Source: Candidatus Woesebacteria bacterium (GTDB lineage: Bacteria; Patescibacteriota; Saccharimonadia; Saccharimonadales; EFPC-124). From it: a stretch of DNA of 64,000 nt. Below the pieces are notes generated by a model, which worked only from the letters and a program-made list of their open reading frames with translations, had not been told where the DNA came from and did no database searches. Each line of letters begins with the position of its first letter. Positions within the stretch are counted from its first letter, which is position 1. Both the position numbers and the translations under genes were made by a program. Shown piece by piece: positions 30,133-39,351 of the stretch. The DNA lies in the NCBI GenBank assembly GCA_050115675.1, contig JASFQB010000008.1, positions 10,854 through 74,853 of the forward strand. Reading direction: 5' to 3'.

Positions 30133-30573
30133 ATGGCATTAATGCGATGGGACCCATTTGCAGAGATAGATGCTTTGCACGGCCAGCTTAACGATTTATT
30201 TAACGATACGGTGCATAACAGGCATCTCGCGCCCGTTACGGATATCTACACCGAAGACAACAAGCAAATCAAAGTCGAGGTGCACCTGTCAAATTTTGAA
30301 GAAGACGAAATTGACGTAGCCACACACGACAATGCCCTAGAAATTAAGGCCCAGCACCAAGAAAAAGTAGAAGACAAAAACAAGCGCCAGTATCTTGTTA
30401 AAGAAAGTAGCAGCAGCTTTTACCGCCACATTGCGCTACCAAAACAGGCAGACGAAGATGCGCTCAAAGCAAATTTCAGCAAAGGCGTTTTAACCGTTAC
30501 GGTTCCGTTAAAAACGTTGCGTAAACCCAAAAAAGTCGCAATTGGAACTGGCGAAAAGAAATCAAAAAAATAA
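30133..30573 (+). CDS. Hsp20/alpha-crystallin family small heat-shock protein
   Basis: MRWDPF start, alpha-crystallin core (ALEIKAQH...F.R.IALP...A.F..GVLTVTVP), AAGGAG SD. Confidence 0.9.
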   Translation: MALMRWDPFAEIDALHGQLNDLFNDTVHNRHLAPVTDIYTEDNKQIKVEVHLSNFEEDEIDVATHDNALEIKAQHQEKVEDKNKRQYLVKESSSSFYRHIALPKQADEDALKANFSKGVLTVTVPLKTLRKPKKVAIGTGEKKSKK

Positions 30574-30587
30574 TTCATAATTTTCTC

Positions 30588-30622
30588 AGCAAAAACTGGT
30601 CACAAGTTGGCCAGTTTTTGCT
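30588..30622 (+). terminator. Hairpin terminator
   Basis: AGCAAAAACTGG (30588-30599) pairs with CCAGTTTTTGCT (30611-30622). Confidence 0.65.
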
Positions 30623-30627
30623 AAACT

Positions 30628-31194
30628 GTGCACATGTCCCGAAAAAATGCGCTAACTTCGATTATTACGTTACTGATAGTTCTGTTTGCTTCAGCCCTCT
30701 ATGGCATGGCCACTGACAAAGTGGATATAACTCAAGCGCCAGAAGCAGGGTACTATGAGGTAATAAAATTTACTGACGGCGACACAATTACGGTTAGCAT
30801 GAACGGCACAGAGGAAAAAATACGCCTGATCGGCGTTGACACACCAGAAACAAAAAAGCCTAACAGTCCAGTACAATGCTACGGCAAAGAAGCAAGCAGT
30901 TTTACTGAGAGCCTAATAGGCAATAATGATGTCAAGCTCGAAGCCGACCCAGTAGGGGATAATCGAGACCGCTACGATCGTCTTTTGCGTTATGTTTATT
31001 TGCCAGATGGCACTCTAGTTAATAAAGAAATAATCGGCCAGGGTTACGGGTTTGCATACTTGAGTTTTGACTTTAGTAAAAGCGATGAATTTGCCACAGC
31101 TCAAGAAGAAGCACAAAACTCCAAGCTAGGGCTTTGGTACGCCTGCACTCCAAAAGAAGAAAGTAGCGGGCGTTGGCAAACAGAGGATCTTTAA
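30628..31194 (+). CDS. Thermonuclease (staphylococcal nuclease-like), membrane anchored
   Basis: DGDTITV...IRLIGVDTPE...GKEAS...DRYDRLLRYV SNase motifs; N-terminal TM helix. Confidence 0.85.
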   Translation: MHMSRKNALTSIITLLIVLFASALYGMATDKVDITQAPEAGYYEVIKFTDGDTITVSMNGTEEKIRLIGVDTPETKKPNSPVQCYGKEASSFTESLIGNNDVKLEADPVGDNRDRYDRLLRYVYLPDGTLVNKEIIGQGYGFAYLSFDFSKSDEFATAQEEAQNSKLGLWYACTPKEESSGRWQTEDL

Positions 31195-31212
31195 GCTAAA
31201 ATTAAGTAAACA

Positions 31213-32262
31213 ATGACGCACAAAACTGCAAAAAAATGCTTCAACAAGAATGTCATATTCACCAAGCTTCGTAAGTGGCTTTTAATTATTGCAGTGATAA
31301 TAGCAGGCTACCTTATAATAGCTAGTCTGCTAAATAATTTTGCATTTAAACCCGTGAATAATCCAAAATACGGCGTTAGTTTTACAAAACAACGCGCAGA
31401 AGAATTTGGACTAAATTGGAAGGCAAACTATACTGCCCTGCTTGACGATATGGGACTCAGGCATTATCGACTAACCAGCTATTGGTCTGAACACGAAGCC
31501 GTCCGCGGAACTTTTGACTTTAGCAGCCTAGATTGGATGATGGACGAAGCCGCAAAAAGAGGAGCAACAGTTAGCCTCGCAATAGGCCTGCGTCAACCAC
31601 GTTGGCCAGAGTGTCACCAACCAGAATGGGCCATGCAACTTGCCGGCAATCAGTGGAAGCAAGCCCTATATGCCTACATGGAGGTCGTGGTCAGCAGATA
31701 CAAAAACCACCCAGCGCTACAAAGCTATCAGCTCGAGAACGAAGCCGTTAACAACTGGTTCGGCGAATGCAATCGCCCCGACCGCCAACGATTAAACGAA
31801 GAGTTCACATTTGTAAAGCAATGGGATCCAGATCATCCAGTAATAATGAGCTTAAGCGACCAGCACGGCATACCAATGCAGGGGCCCGTGCCAGATATTT
31901 ACGGTTTCTCGGTTTATCGCATTGTATATAACACCATTGGACCAAAATTTTACACATATTATCCAACATCCATCTGGTACCATAGGCTGCGCGCAGCAAT
32001 AATAACCGCAATACATCACAAGCCAATAATTATTCACGAACTGCAAATGGAACCTTGGGGACCAATCAATACCAGTCAAATGTCAATTGAAGAACAAAAC
32101 AAATCTATGAGCGCACAGCAAATTCCTAAAAGCTTTAAATTTGCCAAGCAAATTGGGCTTCAAGACATTGACCTTTGGGGAGGTGAGTGGTGGTACTGGC
32201 GTAAAGTACATTTTGGCGACAACAGCATTTGGAGTGCTGTAAAATCAGAGATAAACAACTAA
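31213..32262 (+). CDS. Membrane-anchored TIM-barrel glycoside hydrolase-like protein (clan GH-A; family uncertain)
   Basis: N-terminal TM helix. Candidate acid/base YQLENEA and candidate nucleophile IIHELQMEPW. Confidence 0.55.
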   Translation: MTHKTAKKCFNKNVIFTKLRKWLLIIAVIIAGYLIIASLLNNFAFKPVNNPKYGVSFTKQRAEEFGLNWKANYTALLDDMGLRHYRLTSYWSEHEAVRGTFDFSSLDWMMDEAAKRGATVSLAIGLRQPRWPECHQPEWAMQLAGNQWKQALYAYMEVVVSRYKNHPALQSYQLENEAVNNWFGECNRPDRQRLNEEFTFVKQWDPDHPVIMSLSDQHGIPMQGPVPDIYGFSVYRIVYNTIGPKFYTYYPTSIWYHRLRAAIITAIHHKPIIIHELQMEPWGPINTSQMSIEEQNKSMSAQQIPKSFKFAKQIGLQDIDLWGGEWWYWRKVHFGDNSIWSAVKSEINN

Positions 32263-32306
32263 AAGTGGCCGCCTACGTTTTATTATAGACGGCCAAATGC
32301 TTCGAT

Positions 32307-32777
32307 TTAAGGCGCAACTGCACCACTAAGAACAGCCAGAATCGCACGTTGATTATACTCATTGTAGATATTAAGAGGCTTTACCACTACAACATAGTCG
32401 CCAATCTTAATGCGAGTGGCAATTTCCCAGGCGCCACCAGAGTCAGTAACAATAACATCCTCTGTCTTGCCATTGCCAACGTAAATTTTAGCTTTCCAAA
32501 TATCATGACTCATAAAGTCAACGGGACCAGTCTTAATGCACTCAGTCCAAATAATGATACCTTCGTAAAGTACGTCGTCTGAATTAACATCATCACGCTG
32601 GGCGGTCGTGCTGTCAAGAAACGCATCCAGCTCACCGCTTCTTGAAGACTGTTCGATCTGCTCAACTACAACATCACTCTGTGCCAAGCACCAGACGGAA
32701 CCACCAATTGCCGCAACCGCAAAAATAACTGCAGCCATAATGGCAATACTTCGCAAAAAACTCAACCTAAACTTCAC
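32307..32777 (-). CDS. Hypothetical membrane-anchored protein
   Basis: I prefer the GTG at 32777 with AAGGAGG 7 nt upstream. N-terminal TM helix; no family recognised. Confidence 0.5.
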   Translation of the reverse strand: MKFRLSFLRSIAIMAAVIFAVAAIGGSVWCLAQSDVVVEQIEQSSRSGELDAFLDSTTAQRDDVNSDDVLYEGIIIWTECIKTGPVDFMSHDIWKAKIYVGNGKTEDVIVTDSGGAWEIATRIKIGDYVVVVKPLNIYNEYNQRAILAVLSGAVAP

Positions 32778-32827
32778 CTGGAATCCTCCTTTTGGTCGTA
32801 GCGAACGACCATAATTATATACCATAT

Positions 32828-32857
32828 TTGACAATATAATCAACATTGTTCTACAAT
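32828..32857 (+). promoter_or_regulatory. Sigma70-like promoter for orphan gene 32885-33253
   Basis: TTGACA (32828-32833), 18-nt spacer, TACAAT (32852-32857). Confidence 0.45.
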
Positions 32858-32884
32858 CACCCTAGCTCTACCTGGGGAGGAAAA

Positions 32885-33253
32885 ATGCCACAGCTTAAAA
32901 TCGCCGACGTAGAAAGGGTTATTTTCAGTATTTCGAGCCGTAGCCTACTGCTAATGCGAATCGACAACCATTTAGCACCCGTAGAGTTTTACTGTCAACA
33001 GCATTTTGCCGTTACTGGAGTTGACGGGATTTTTACGCTTCGACCGCTTGGAGCCTTTGCTGCAGATAGAACGACCCTAAAAGTAACAGAGAGCCGCAGA
33101 CGAATCCCCAAAATCAGAACCATGCCGCTAGTTGATCCCACAGGAGTAGTCAGTATGCGAGAGATTCGCAGGTTTCCGGGCTTTACCGCAATCATCCCCA
33201 CACACATAGAGGTAGATACCAGCCAGGTTAATAGGATTTATTGTCCAGAGTAA
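32885..33253 (+). CDS. Hypothetical protein (GC-enriched orphan)
   Basis: ATG at 32885 preceded by GGGGAGG. 122 aa with a downstream hairpin (33258-33285). No family recognised. Confidence 0.5.
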   Translation: MPQLKIADVERVIFSISSRSLLLMRIDNHLAPVEFYCQQHFAVTGVDGIFTLRPLGAFAADRTTLKVTESRRRIPKIRTMPLVDPTGVVSMREIRRFPGFTAIIPTHIEVDTSQVNRIYCPE

Positions 33254-33317
33254 AAATAGAGCCAGCCCACATAAGGGTTGGCTCATCATAATTTCAAAAT
33301 CATAGTATAATAATCAC

Positions 33318-34169
33318 ATGGCCAATAGTCAAAACATTCAAATTTTGGGCAGTAATACGAAGTATTGGATATACAACGCAGACAAAACCCCAACAATAGT
33401 CATGATACATGGCCTTAGAGGCACGCATCACGGACTTGAAGATATCATAAAAAAACTACCTAATTTTAAAATAATCATTCCAGACCTACCTGGTTTTGGC
33501 GAGTCCACCCCAATGACGCAGCAAGCTCACGACATTATTGGCTATAGTGTTTTTGTACAAGAATTTATAAAAAAAATCACACCAAATAGACCCATACTGC
33601 TAGGTCATTCTTTTGGATCAATAGTAGTCTCGCGCGTTGCGGCACTTGCACCAGACTTAATTAGCAAATTAATACTTGTAAATGCCATTGCCACACCAGC
33701 GCTTAAAGGCCCTCGTAAAATCTTTACGCGAATAACAGTGGCCTACTACTGGCTAGGCAAAATATTACCCAATAAAATTGGCACGGCATTATTGTCAAGC
33801 AAAGCCATTACTTTGGGGACTAGCGTTTTAATGGCAAAAACTAAAGACAAAAAACTACGCAAATATATCCACAAAAGCCATTTGGCTCATTTTAGCCAAT
33901 TTAAAAACCGCCAGGTTTTGTCTGAGGCATTTAACGCATCCATCAATCACACTGCAACAGATTTTGCAGCAGACATTACTGCGCAAACCCTGTTGATCGC
34001 AGGAGAAATTGACGACATTGCACCCGCAAAAGGTCAATACACACTAGAAAAAACATTGCCAAACGCAAGGCTAATTATTATTCCAAAAGTTGGACACCTT
34101 ATTCATCACGAAACACCGCAACAAGCCGCAAAAGCAATAACAGATTTTTGCAAAAATTCTATTTGCTAA
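33318..34169 (+). CDS. Alpha/beta hydrolase fold protein
   Basis: HGLRGTHH, nucleophile elbow GHSFGS, C-terminal GHLIHHE. TATAAT lies 6 nt before the ATG. Confidence 0.8.
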   Translation: MANSQNIQILGSNTKYWIYNADKTPTIVMIHGLRGTHHGLEDIIKKLPNFKIIIPDLPGFGESTPMTQQAHDIIGYSVFVQEFIKKITPNRPILLGHSFGSIVVSRVAALAPDLISKLILVNAIATPALKGPRKIFTRITVAYYWLGKILPNKIGTALLSSKAITLGTSVLMAKTKDKKLRKYIHKSHLAHFSQFKNRQVLSEAFNASINHTATDFAADITAQTLLIAGEIDDIAPAKGQYTLEKTLPNARLIIIPKVGHLIHHETPQQAAKAITDFCKNSIC

Positions 34170-34191
34170 AAACTCAAAAATACATTATTAT
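34163..34191 (+). promoter_or_regulatory. Candidate promoter for the non-coding unit
   Basis: TTGCTA (34163-34168), 17-nt spacer, TATTAT (34186-34191). The predicted transcription start is near 34199. Confidence 0.35.
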
Positions 34192-34198
34192 ATGTATG

Positions 34199-34560
34199 CT
34201 ATTTTGTCTAGTTGGGAGGTTTGCATGTCTTTGATTAGCTGGCTAGAGACTGGCCAAGAGGACCCGCGTGTACCTTTTGAGTACAGAGAGTTTCAAAAGC
34301 TACTGCACGGCTCAGGCATCACAACGCAAAGTAGCTTGTTTGCCGAATATAGTGCAGCAGAAACGTCAGACACTTATGGTATCGGTCAATGGTGCAACAT
34401 TGGCGACCGAGTGCGTGGAGAGTTTTTTAGTTTTGGACTTATTACCAGCGAAGCGAAGAACCCCACCCCAGCGTCAGTCAACAGCCTGCGTCGTAGATGA
34501 GAGACTAGCAGGTGCAGGCAAGGACAAAGACTGCATTTTGCCACTGTGTACGAACTTGTT
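34199..34560 (+). ncRNA. Candidate structured RNA with RNase P RNA-like motif order (divergent; unverified)
   Basis: No credible CDS here. These motifs occur in this order: GGGAGGUU then UGCA-U-GUC (34214-34229); AGUGCAGCAGAAAC (cf. AGUGCNACAGAAA); GGUAUCGGUCAAUGGUGC (cf. GGUAAGGGUGAAAGGGUGC); GAACCCCACC; GUAGAUGAGAGACUAG (cf. UAGAUGAAUGACUG); and GGACAAAGACUGCA, which pairs with 34222-34233 leaving a bulged U as in P4. I could not find P3 or P1. Confidence 0.35.
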
Positions 34561-34780
34561 TTTTATATGTTAAATAGAACCCAAGAGTACCCCCATTCAG
34601 ACGTATGCGCACTGGGCACGTATGCGCCCAAAACCCTTAGCCCAAGAGTTCGATCTGCAGTGTTTCCAATGGCAAACAGGACCATTAAGCTACTTCGTGT
34701 ACGCACCATCGGAGAAATGCAGATTTTCATTCCAGATACTAGATATCTGTGCGTAATCACAAACGAATAGCACCACCCAC

Positions 34781-34818
34781 GACCCCTTTTGAGCATTTGG
34801 CTTAAGGGGTCGTTTTTT
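34781..34818 (+). terminator. Rho-independent terminator (plus strand)
   Basis: GACCCCTT (34781-34788) pairs with AAGGGGTC (34804-34811), followed by TTTTTT. The T-run exists only on the plus strand, so it ends a plus-strand transcript. Confidence 0.7.
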
Positions 34819-34823
34819 ATCGC

Positions 34824-36023
34824 TTAAAACGGATTATCTTGATCACCTTCGGGGATGTATTTTTTAATAACATCTTTATAAATTGACTCGAACTCTTTAA
34901 ACGTATAGGTTATATCATGAGTTTTAGCAATTTTTAAGCTTTCTTTGCCCATCTTTTTTTGCAAGTCTTTATCTAACAAAATCTTAAGTATATCGTCTGC
35001 CATTTTTTCGTCGTCGTCTACTTGGCTTAAAAACCCATTGCGTCCATCTTGGCAAAGCTCATGAACAGCACCAACATTTACCGCGACCGTTGGCTGACCA
35101 GAGGCCATCGCTTCTAGCATAGAAATGCATTGCAGCTCTACAGGTGAAGGCATACCAAAAACATCACCGCAATTTTGCATAATTGGCAAGTCTGAATCTT
35201 CAATTCGCCCCGTAAAGGTAACTTTGTCGCTGATTTGCATTTTATCAACTAAGCCTTTTAAATTATCCAAATCTGTGCCACTACCAACAATCAGCAGATG
35301 AACATCCATTTTTTGCATTACACGGTGCGCAGCCTTAACAAGGGTGGATATATGTTTTTCAGCATCTAAACGGCCCAGGTACATAACAATCGGCTTGCCA
35401 GTTGGTATATTAAAGCGTTTTTTAAATTTTGCATCAACTCTTTGCGGTTTAAAACGACTTAAGTCTATGCCGTTTGATACGGCTTTTAGCGGAACTGTAA
35501 TGTCTGGCATGTCGTCAAACATCTTTATGGCAGCCTTTGTGGGCAACGTTACGTAATCGGCATTGCCGTAAAAACGCTCAAAATATTCTTTAATTACATA
35601 ATTTATTGGTTTAGAAAAAGGCGCCAGCAGCCTTAAGTTGTCTATTAGATTCTCTGGCATAGAGTGATTTGTTGCAACTACGGGAATACCGTATTTTTTA
35701 CCCACATTAAGCGCGGCTCGGCCAATTCCAAGAGGGCTTTGTACGTGAATGACATCAGGCTTAAAGTCGGTTACAATCTTTTTTACCTCTGTATATGGCG
35801 AAACTGATATTCTAAAATTTTGATAAAAAGGAAAGGGTAGCGCCGCAGTGCGCGCAATTGTATAATTTTCATCAACTTCTTTGTGTGGTTTTCCACTTTG
35901 AGACGGTGCAATAACCAGCACCTCGTGGCCGCGCTTAGACATTCCTTGCGCTAAATTTCGACTAAATGTAGATACGCCATTTGTGGTTGGCCAGTACAAG
36001 TCGGAAGCTATTAGTATTCGCAT
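34824..36023 (-). CDS. Glycosyltransferase family 4 (GT-B fold)
   Basis: MRILIASDLYWPTTNGVSTF N-terminus and a C-terminal E..LEAMASGQP-type motif. I prefer the ATG at 36023 with TATAAT 7 nt upstream. Confidence 0.85.
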   Translation of the reverse strand: MRILIASDLYWPTTNGVSTFSRNLAQGMSKRGHEVLVIAPSQSGKPHKEVDENYTIARTAALPFPFYQNFRISVSPYTEVKKIVTDFKPDVIHVQSPLGIGRAALNVGKKYGIPVVATNHSMPENLIDNLRLLAPFSKPINYVIKEYFERFYGNADYVTLPTKAAIKMFDDMPDITVPLKAVSNGIDLSRFKPQRVDAKFKKRFNIPTGKPIVMYLGRLDAEKHISTLVKAAHRVMQKMDVHLLIVGSGTDLDNLKGLVDKMQISDKVTFTGRIEDSDLPIMQNCGDVFGMPSPVELQCISMLEAMASGQPTVAVNVGAVHELCQDGRNGFLSQVDDDEKMADDILKILLDKDLQKKMGKESLKIAKTHDITYTFKEFESIYKDVIKKYIPEGDQDNPF

Positions 36024-36066
36024 AAAACTCATTATACTATAATGCAATTTTAGTTAAAAAATTATT

Positions 36067-36094
36067 GGGGCGTCGAGTTGAGGATCGACGCCCC
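36067..36094 (-). terminator. Hairpin terminator
   Basis: GGGGCGTCGA (36067-36076) pairs with TCGACGCCCC (36085-36094). A T-run follows on the minus strand. Confidence 0.7.
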
Positions 36095-36104
36095 TTAATG
36101 CAGC

Positions 36105-36461
36105 TTACACAACGTGCGCAGTCGCAAAAACAGCACGCAGCTGCTCTTCTTTAGTTGGATCACCCAAAAAGTCAACAGGGCGCAGCTTCTTGTCGCGCGT
36201 AGAGAGATATCGATTTTCTGTGCACCACCAGATGCAAGCCTCCCACAGATCAAGAACCCTAAAAAGGGCAGTGTTAATTTCTGCAACTACATCCCTAAGC
36301 TGGCCAGTTTCGTCAACCTGAAAAGCTGGGATTTGAAACGATCCACCATTCTTCGGCAATCGAATTACAGACACACCATAGCAAAGCTCGTCGGTCAATG
36401 CATTCGGATGAACAGCGGACAGACTAAGCATCCTGGCCCGCTCGACAACGGTAGCGCTCAC
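36105..36461 (-). CDS. Hypothetical protein (GC-enriched orphan)
   Basis: GTG start with GGAGG about 4 nt upstream; 118 aa; own terminator. No family confidently recognised. Confidence 0.5.
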   Translation of the reverse strand: MSATVVERARMLSLSAVHPNALTDELCYGVSVIRLPKNGGSFQIPAFQVDETGQLRDVVAEINTALFRVLDLWEACIWWCTENRYLSTRDKKLRPVDFLGDPTKEEQLRAVFATAHVV

Positions 36462-36601
36462 AATTCCTCCAAAAAATAGTGCTTGACGTAAAGGACTTAA
36501 GAAATTTTAACATAGCTATATATAATTAAAAAGGGGCAAAGCCAAAAAATGCAATTTTAAGCACTTTCTTATTTGCAAGACATAATGTTAAAGTAAGTAT
36601 A

Positions 36602-37690
36602 ATGAAAATCATCTACGATGCCCGCTGGACGCGCACAGACACACACGACGGGATAAGCCGCTACGGCGCCAATCTGCTTGAGGCGCTTGCAAAGCAACAC
36701 CCCGTTACAATGCTTATCTGTGACAAAAAACAGCTAAAACTGCTACCAGACGTACCCTACCAGCTAGTTAACAATCCTCAATCTTTTTTAAAAGAACTCT
36801 TTATCGCAAAAAAAATAAATAAATTGGACGCAGATGTAGTGTTTAGTCCGCTGCAGATAATGGGTAGTTGGGGCAGAAAATACAAGCTTATTTTAACTCT
36901 TCAAGACTTAATTTACTATCGCAACCCCAAGCCTCCAACATTTTTACCAGCGCACATCCGCTTTGCATGGTGGCTTTTTTACCAAGCATACTGGCCACAA
37001 AAACTTATTTTAGCTCAGGCAGATTACATAACAACCGTCAGCAAAACGTCCAAAAAGCTCATTCGTAAAACTAAGCTGACTAAGCTGCCAATTGGTGTGA
37101 TTTACAATGCACCTCCAGTACTTAAAAAGCCAGACAAACCTCAAAAGATTAAAAAAGAGCTTGTCTATATGGGCTCGTTCATGCCATACAAAAATGTCGA
37201 GGTCATACTAAAAGCGATGCCCCTGTTGCCAGATTATAAGTTACTTTTACCCAGCAGAATCTCTGCCGCCCGCAAGACCGAACTGCAAAAGTTTATAAAA
37301 AATAAAGACCAAGTTATATTTTACAATGGCGCAGACGACGAGAATTACGCAAAAATGCTTAGCACGGCCACCGCGCTAATAAGCGCATCAAAAGATGAGG
37401 GTTTTGGACTGCCATTAATCGAGGCTATGGAGGTCGGAACTCCTGTAATTTGCACAGATATGGAGATTTTTCACGAAGTCGCAGATGGTGCAGCACTATT
37501 TTTTGATCCAGACTCGCACAAACAACTTGCAGCTCGCGTGCGACAGGTAGAAGACAAAAAGTGCCGAGATCTGCTCATTTTAAATGGACACGAGCAAGCC
37601 AAAAAATTCAGCTGGGACAACTCTGCAAAAGAGCTACTAAAAATTATGCATAAACTAACCAAAGATCAAGAGCATAAAACATCAAAATAG
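36602..37690 (+). CDS. Glycosyltransferase family 4/1 (GT-B fold)
   Basis: C-terminal EGFGLPLIEAMEVGTPVI motif typical of Glycos_transf_1. Confidence 0.85.
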   Translation: MKIIYDARWTRTDTHDGISRYGANLLEALAKQHPVTMLICDKKQLKLLPDVPYQLVNNPQSFLKELFIAKKINKLDADVVFSPLQIMGSWGRKYKLILTLQDLIYYRNPKPPTFLPAHIRFAWWLFYQAYWPQKLILAQADYITTVSKTSKKLIRKTKLTKLPIGVIYNAPPVLKKPDKPQKIKKELVYMGSFMPYKNVEVILKAMPLLPDYKLLLPSRISAARKTELQKFIKNKDQVIFYNGADDENYAKMLSTATALISASKDEGFGLPLIEAMEVGTPVICTDMEIFHEVADGAALFFDPDSHKQLAARVRQVEDKKCRDLLILNGHEQAKKFSWDNSAKELLKIMHKLTKDQEHKTSK

Positions 37691-37709
37691 TCTATAATAA
37701 ATTTCAGAA

Positions 37710-38174
37710 ATGGCAAAAAAGACCAGCACAAACAAGCTAATCGTTAATCGTCGTGCACGATTTGACTACAAAATACACGACCAAATTTGGACGGGTATAG
37801 TTTTAAGTGGCCCAGAGGTCAGAGCAGCCCGCGATGGACATGTTAGCTTGCGAGGCGCCTACGTTACCGTTAAAAATGGCGAGCTATGGCTTACAAATGC
37901 ATCCTTTACCCTGCCAGGGCAAGCAGGCACCCGCGAAACCGTAGTAGACACCACAAGCCGTAAATTGCTTGCAAAAAAAAGCGAAATAAGTAAGTTTGTA
38001 GAGGCAAAAGACCAAGGTCTAACAATTGTGCCACTCGCCATGTCCAACCAGGCAAAATACATCAAAGTCGAAATAGCTACGGCTAAGGGTAAAAAGCTTT
38101 ATGATAAACGCGAAACCATAAAACAACGCGACCTCGACAGAGAACAAAAACGCCTAAATTCTGGCCGCAATTAA
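37710..38174 (+). CDS. smpB: SsrA-binding protein
   Basis: NRRARFDYKI...GIVLSGPEV... pattern; 154 aa with a basic C-terminal tail. Confidence 0.9.
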   Translation: MAKKTSTNKLIVNRRARFDYKIHDQIWTGIVLSGPEVRAARDGHVSLRGAYVTVKNGELWLTNASFTLPGQAGTRETVVDTTSRKLLAKKSEISKFVEAKDQGLTIVPLAMSNQAKYIKVEIATAKGKKLYDKRETIKQRDLDREQKRLNSGRN

Positions 38175-38178
38175 CAAA

Positions 38179-38209
38179 GGGGCTCTACTCACAAATAGCA
38201 TAGAGCCCC
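38179..38209. terminator. Hairpin terminator between convergent genes
   Basis: GGGGCTCTA (38179-38187) pairs with TAGAGCCCC (38201-38209). Confidence 0.65.
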
Positions 38210-38216
38210 AGCATTA

Positions 38217-38528
38217 CTATGACCTCGTCAAAGCCAGCTCAGCACCAAAGGTTTGCCTTTGGGCAAAATAAGCCAAAACAGCAGATTGAATTCTTCTCTG
38301 CAGGTTTCCTCTTCTTGCGGTTCCTACTTGCAGATTACACGCTTCTGCGGCAATGCAGACTAGAGCATAGATGATTGCGCTAACTCTTTCTGAGGAAAGT
38401 TCAATAAGATCGTTCGACTCAGGGTCTACAAGCAACGAGTCCAAACACCGAGTCCAATCAAGACTAAGACTTCCGTCTCTCGCCAGAACATCACAAGCAG
38501 GAAGCCTAACGCTCGAAAACGCTATCAT
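38217..38528 (-). CDS. Hypothetical protein (GC-enriched orphan)
   Basis: ATG with AGGAGG 8 nt upstream; 103 aa; no family recognised. Confidence 0.45.
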   Translation of the reverse strand: MIAFSSVRLPACDVLARDGSLSLDWTRCLDSLLVDPESNDLIELSSERVSAIIYALVCIAAEACNLQVGTARRGNLQRRIQSAVLAYFAQRQTFGAELALTRS

Positions 38529-38605
38529 AACAGCGCCTCCTAAAAAGTCCGACAGTGTGCTGTCATAATATATAATAAAACTATTTTTTATTTAGCGCAA
38601 GTTTA

Positions 38606-39319
38606 TCAGCTTATCAAAGTCCCGACTTGCTCGCCTAAAACTAATCTTTTTAGATTGTCTGGCGTTTTTAAGTCGCAAACCACAATTTTTTGATGATTTT
38701 CCATGGCAAGGCCCATAGCCGCTTTATCCATAACCCTAATTTCTGGATCCGAAACCGCCTTGCCAAAATCAAGTTGATCTATTTTTACTGCATCTGCAAA
38801 TTTAACGGGGTCTTTATCGTAAACACCATCTACCTTAGTTACCTTACAAACAACGTCACAACCAAGCTCAAGCGCAAGGCTTACGGCGCCCGTGTCGGTA
38901 GTTACAAAAGGTCGTCCCAGTCCGCCACCAAGCACTACCACACGACCTTTTTGCATGTGGTGCCAAGCGCGGCGCTGGGTAAATAGATCTGCCGCCAGGT
39001 TAACCTCTAGATTTGTCAGCACAACAGCAGGCAGGTCACTAGCGTTGAACTCATCGCCAACTGCCAGTGCATTAATAAGAGTAGACAACATACCCATGTA
39101 ATGAGCAGTAACGTGCCCAATTCCACCACCAGCAACATCGTTGCCACGCACAAGATTGCCTCCACCCACCACAAGAGCGACTTCTACACCAAGGTTTAAT
39201 GCTTTTTTAATTTCGCCAGCTATTTGTTGAGGCACAGTCTTATCAAAACCGCGTCCGTCAGGCCCAGCCAGCTGTTCGCCCGATATTTTTACAAGAATTC
39301 GTTTATATGCTAAGTTCAT
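38606..39319 (-). CDS. pyrH: UMP kinase
   Basis: ILVKISGEQL and VVGGGNLVRG amino-acid-kinase motifs; 237 aa. Confidence 0.9.
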   Translation of the reverse strand: MNLAYKRILVKISGEQLAGPDGRGFDKTVPQQIAGEIKKALNLGVEVALVVGGGNLVRGNDVAGGGIGHVTAHYMGMLSTLINALAVGDEFNASDLPAVVLTNLEVNLAADLFTQRRAWHHMQKGRVVVLGGGLGRPFVTTDTGAVSLALELGCDVVCKVTKVDGVYDKDPVKFADAVKIDQLDFGKAVSDPEIRVMDKAAMGLAMENHQKIVVCDLKTPDNLKRLVLGEQVGTLIS

Positions 39320-39351
39320 CGCCCTTTAGCGTACCATAGTATAATCAACTT

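Noticed and set aside
34192-34573. Two overlapping ORFs (102 aa and 101 aa) in the long gap after the alpha/beta hydrolase gene.
   Set aside because: They overlap each other in different frames and lack an SD or a leaderless-type -10/ATG arrangement. The region shows long-range complementary segments plus a plus-strand terminator. I treat it as RNA rather than protein-coding.
34560-34820. Possible tmRNA (ssrA), considered because smpB is nearby and the sequence ...AGCACCACCC resembles a CCA end.
   Set aside because: There is no tRNA-like T-arm (GGTTCGAnTCC) or acceptor pairing, and no GGGG 5' end partner. The putative CCA is followed by an ordinary terminator stem.
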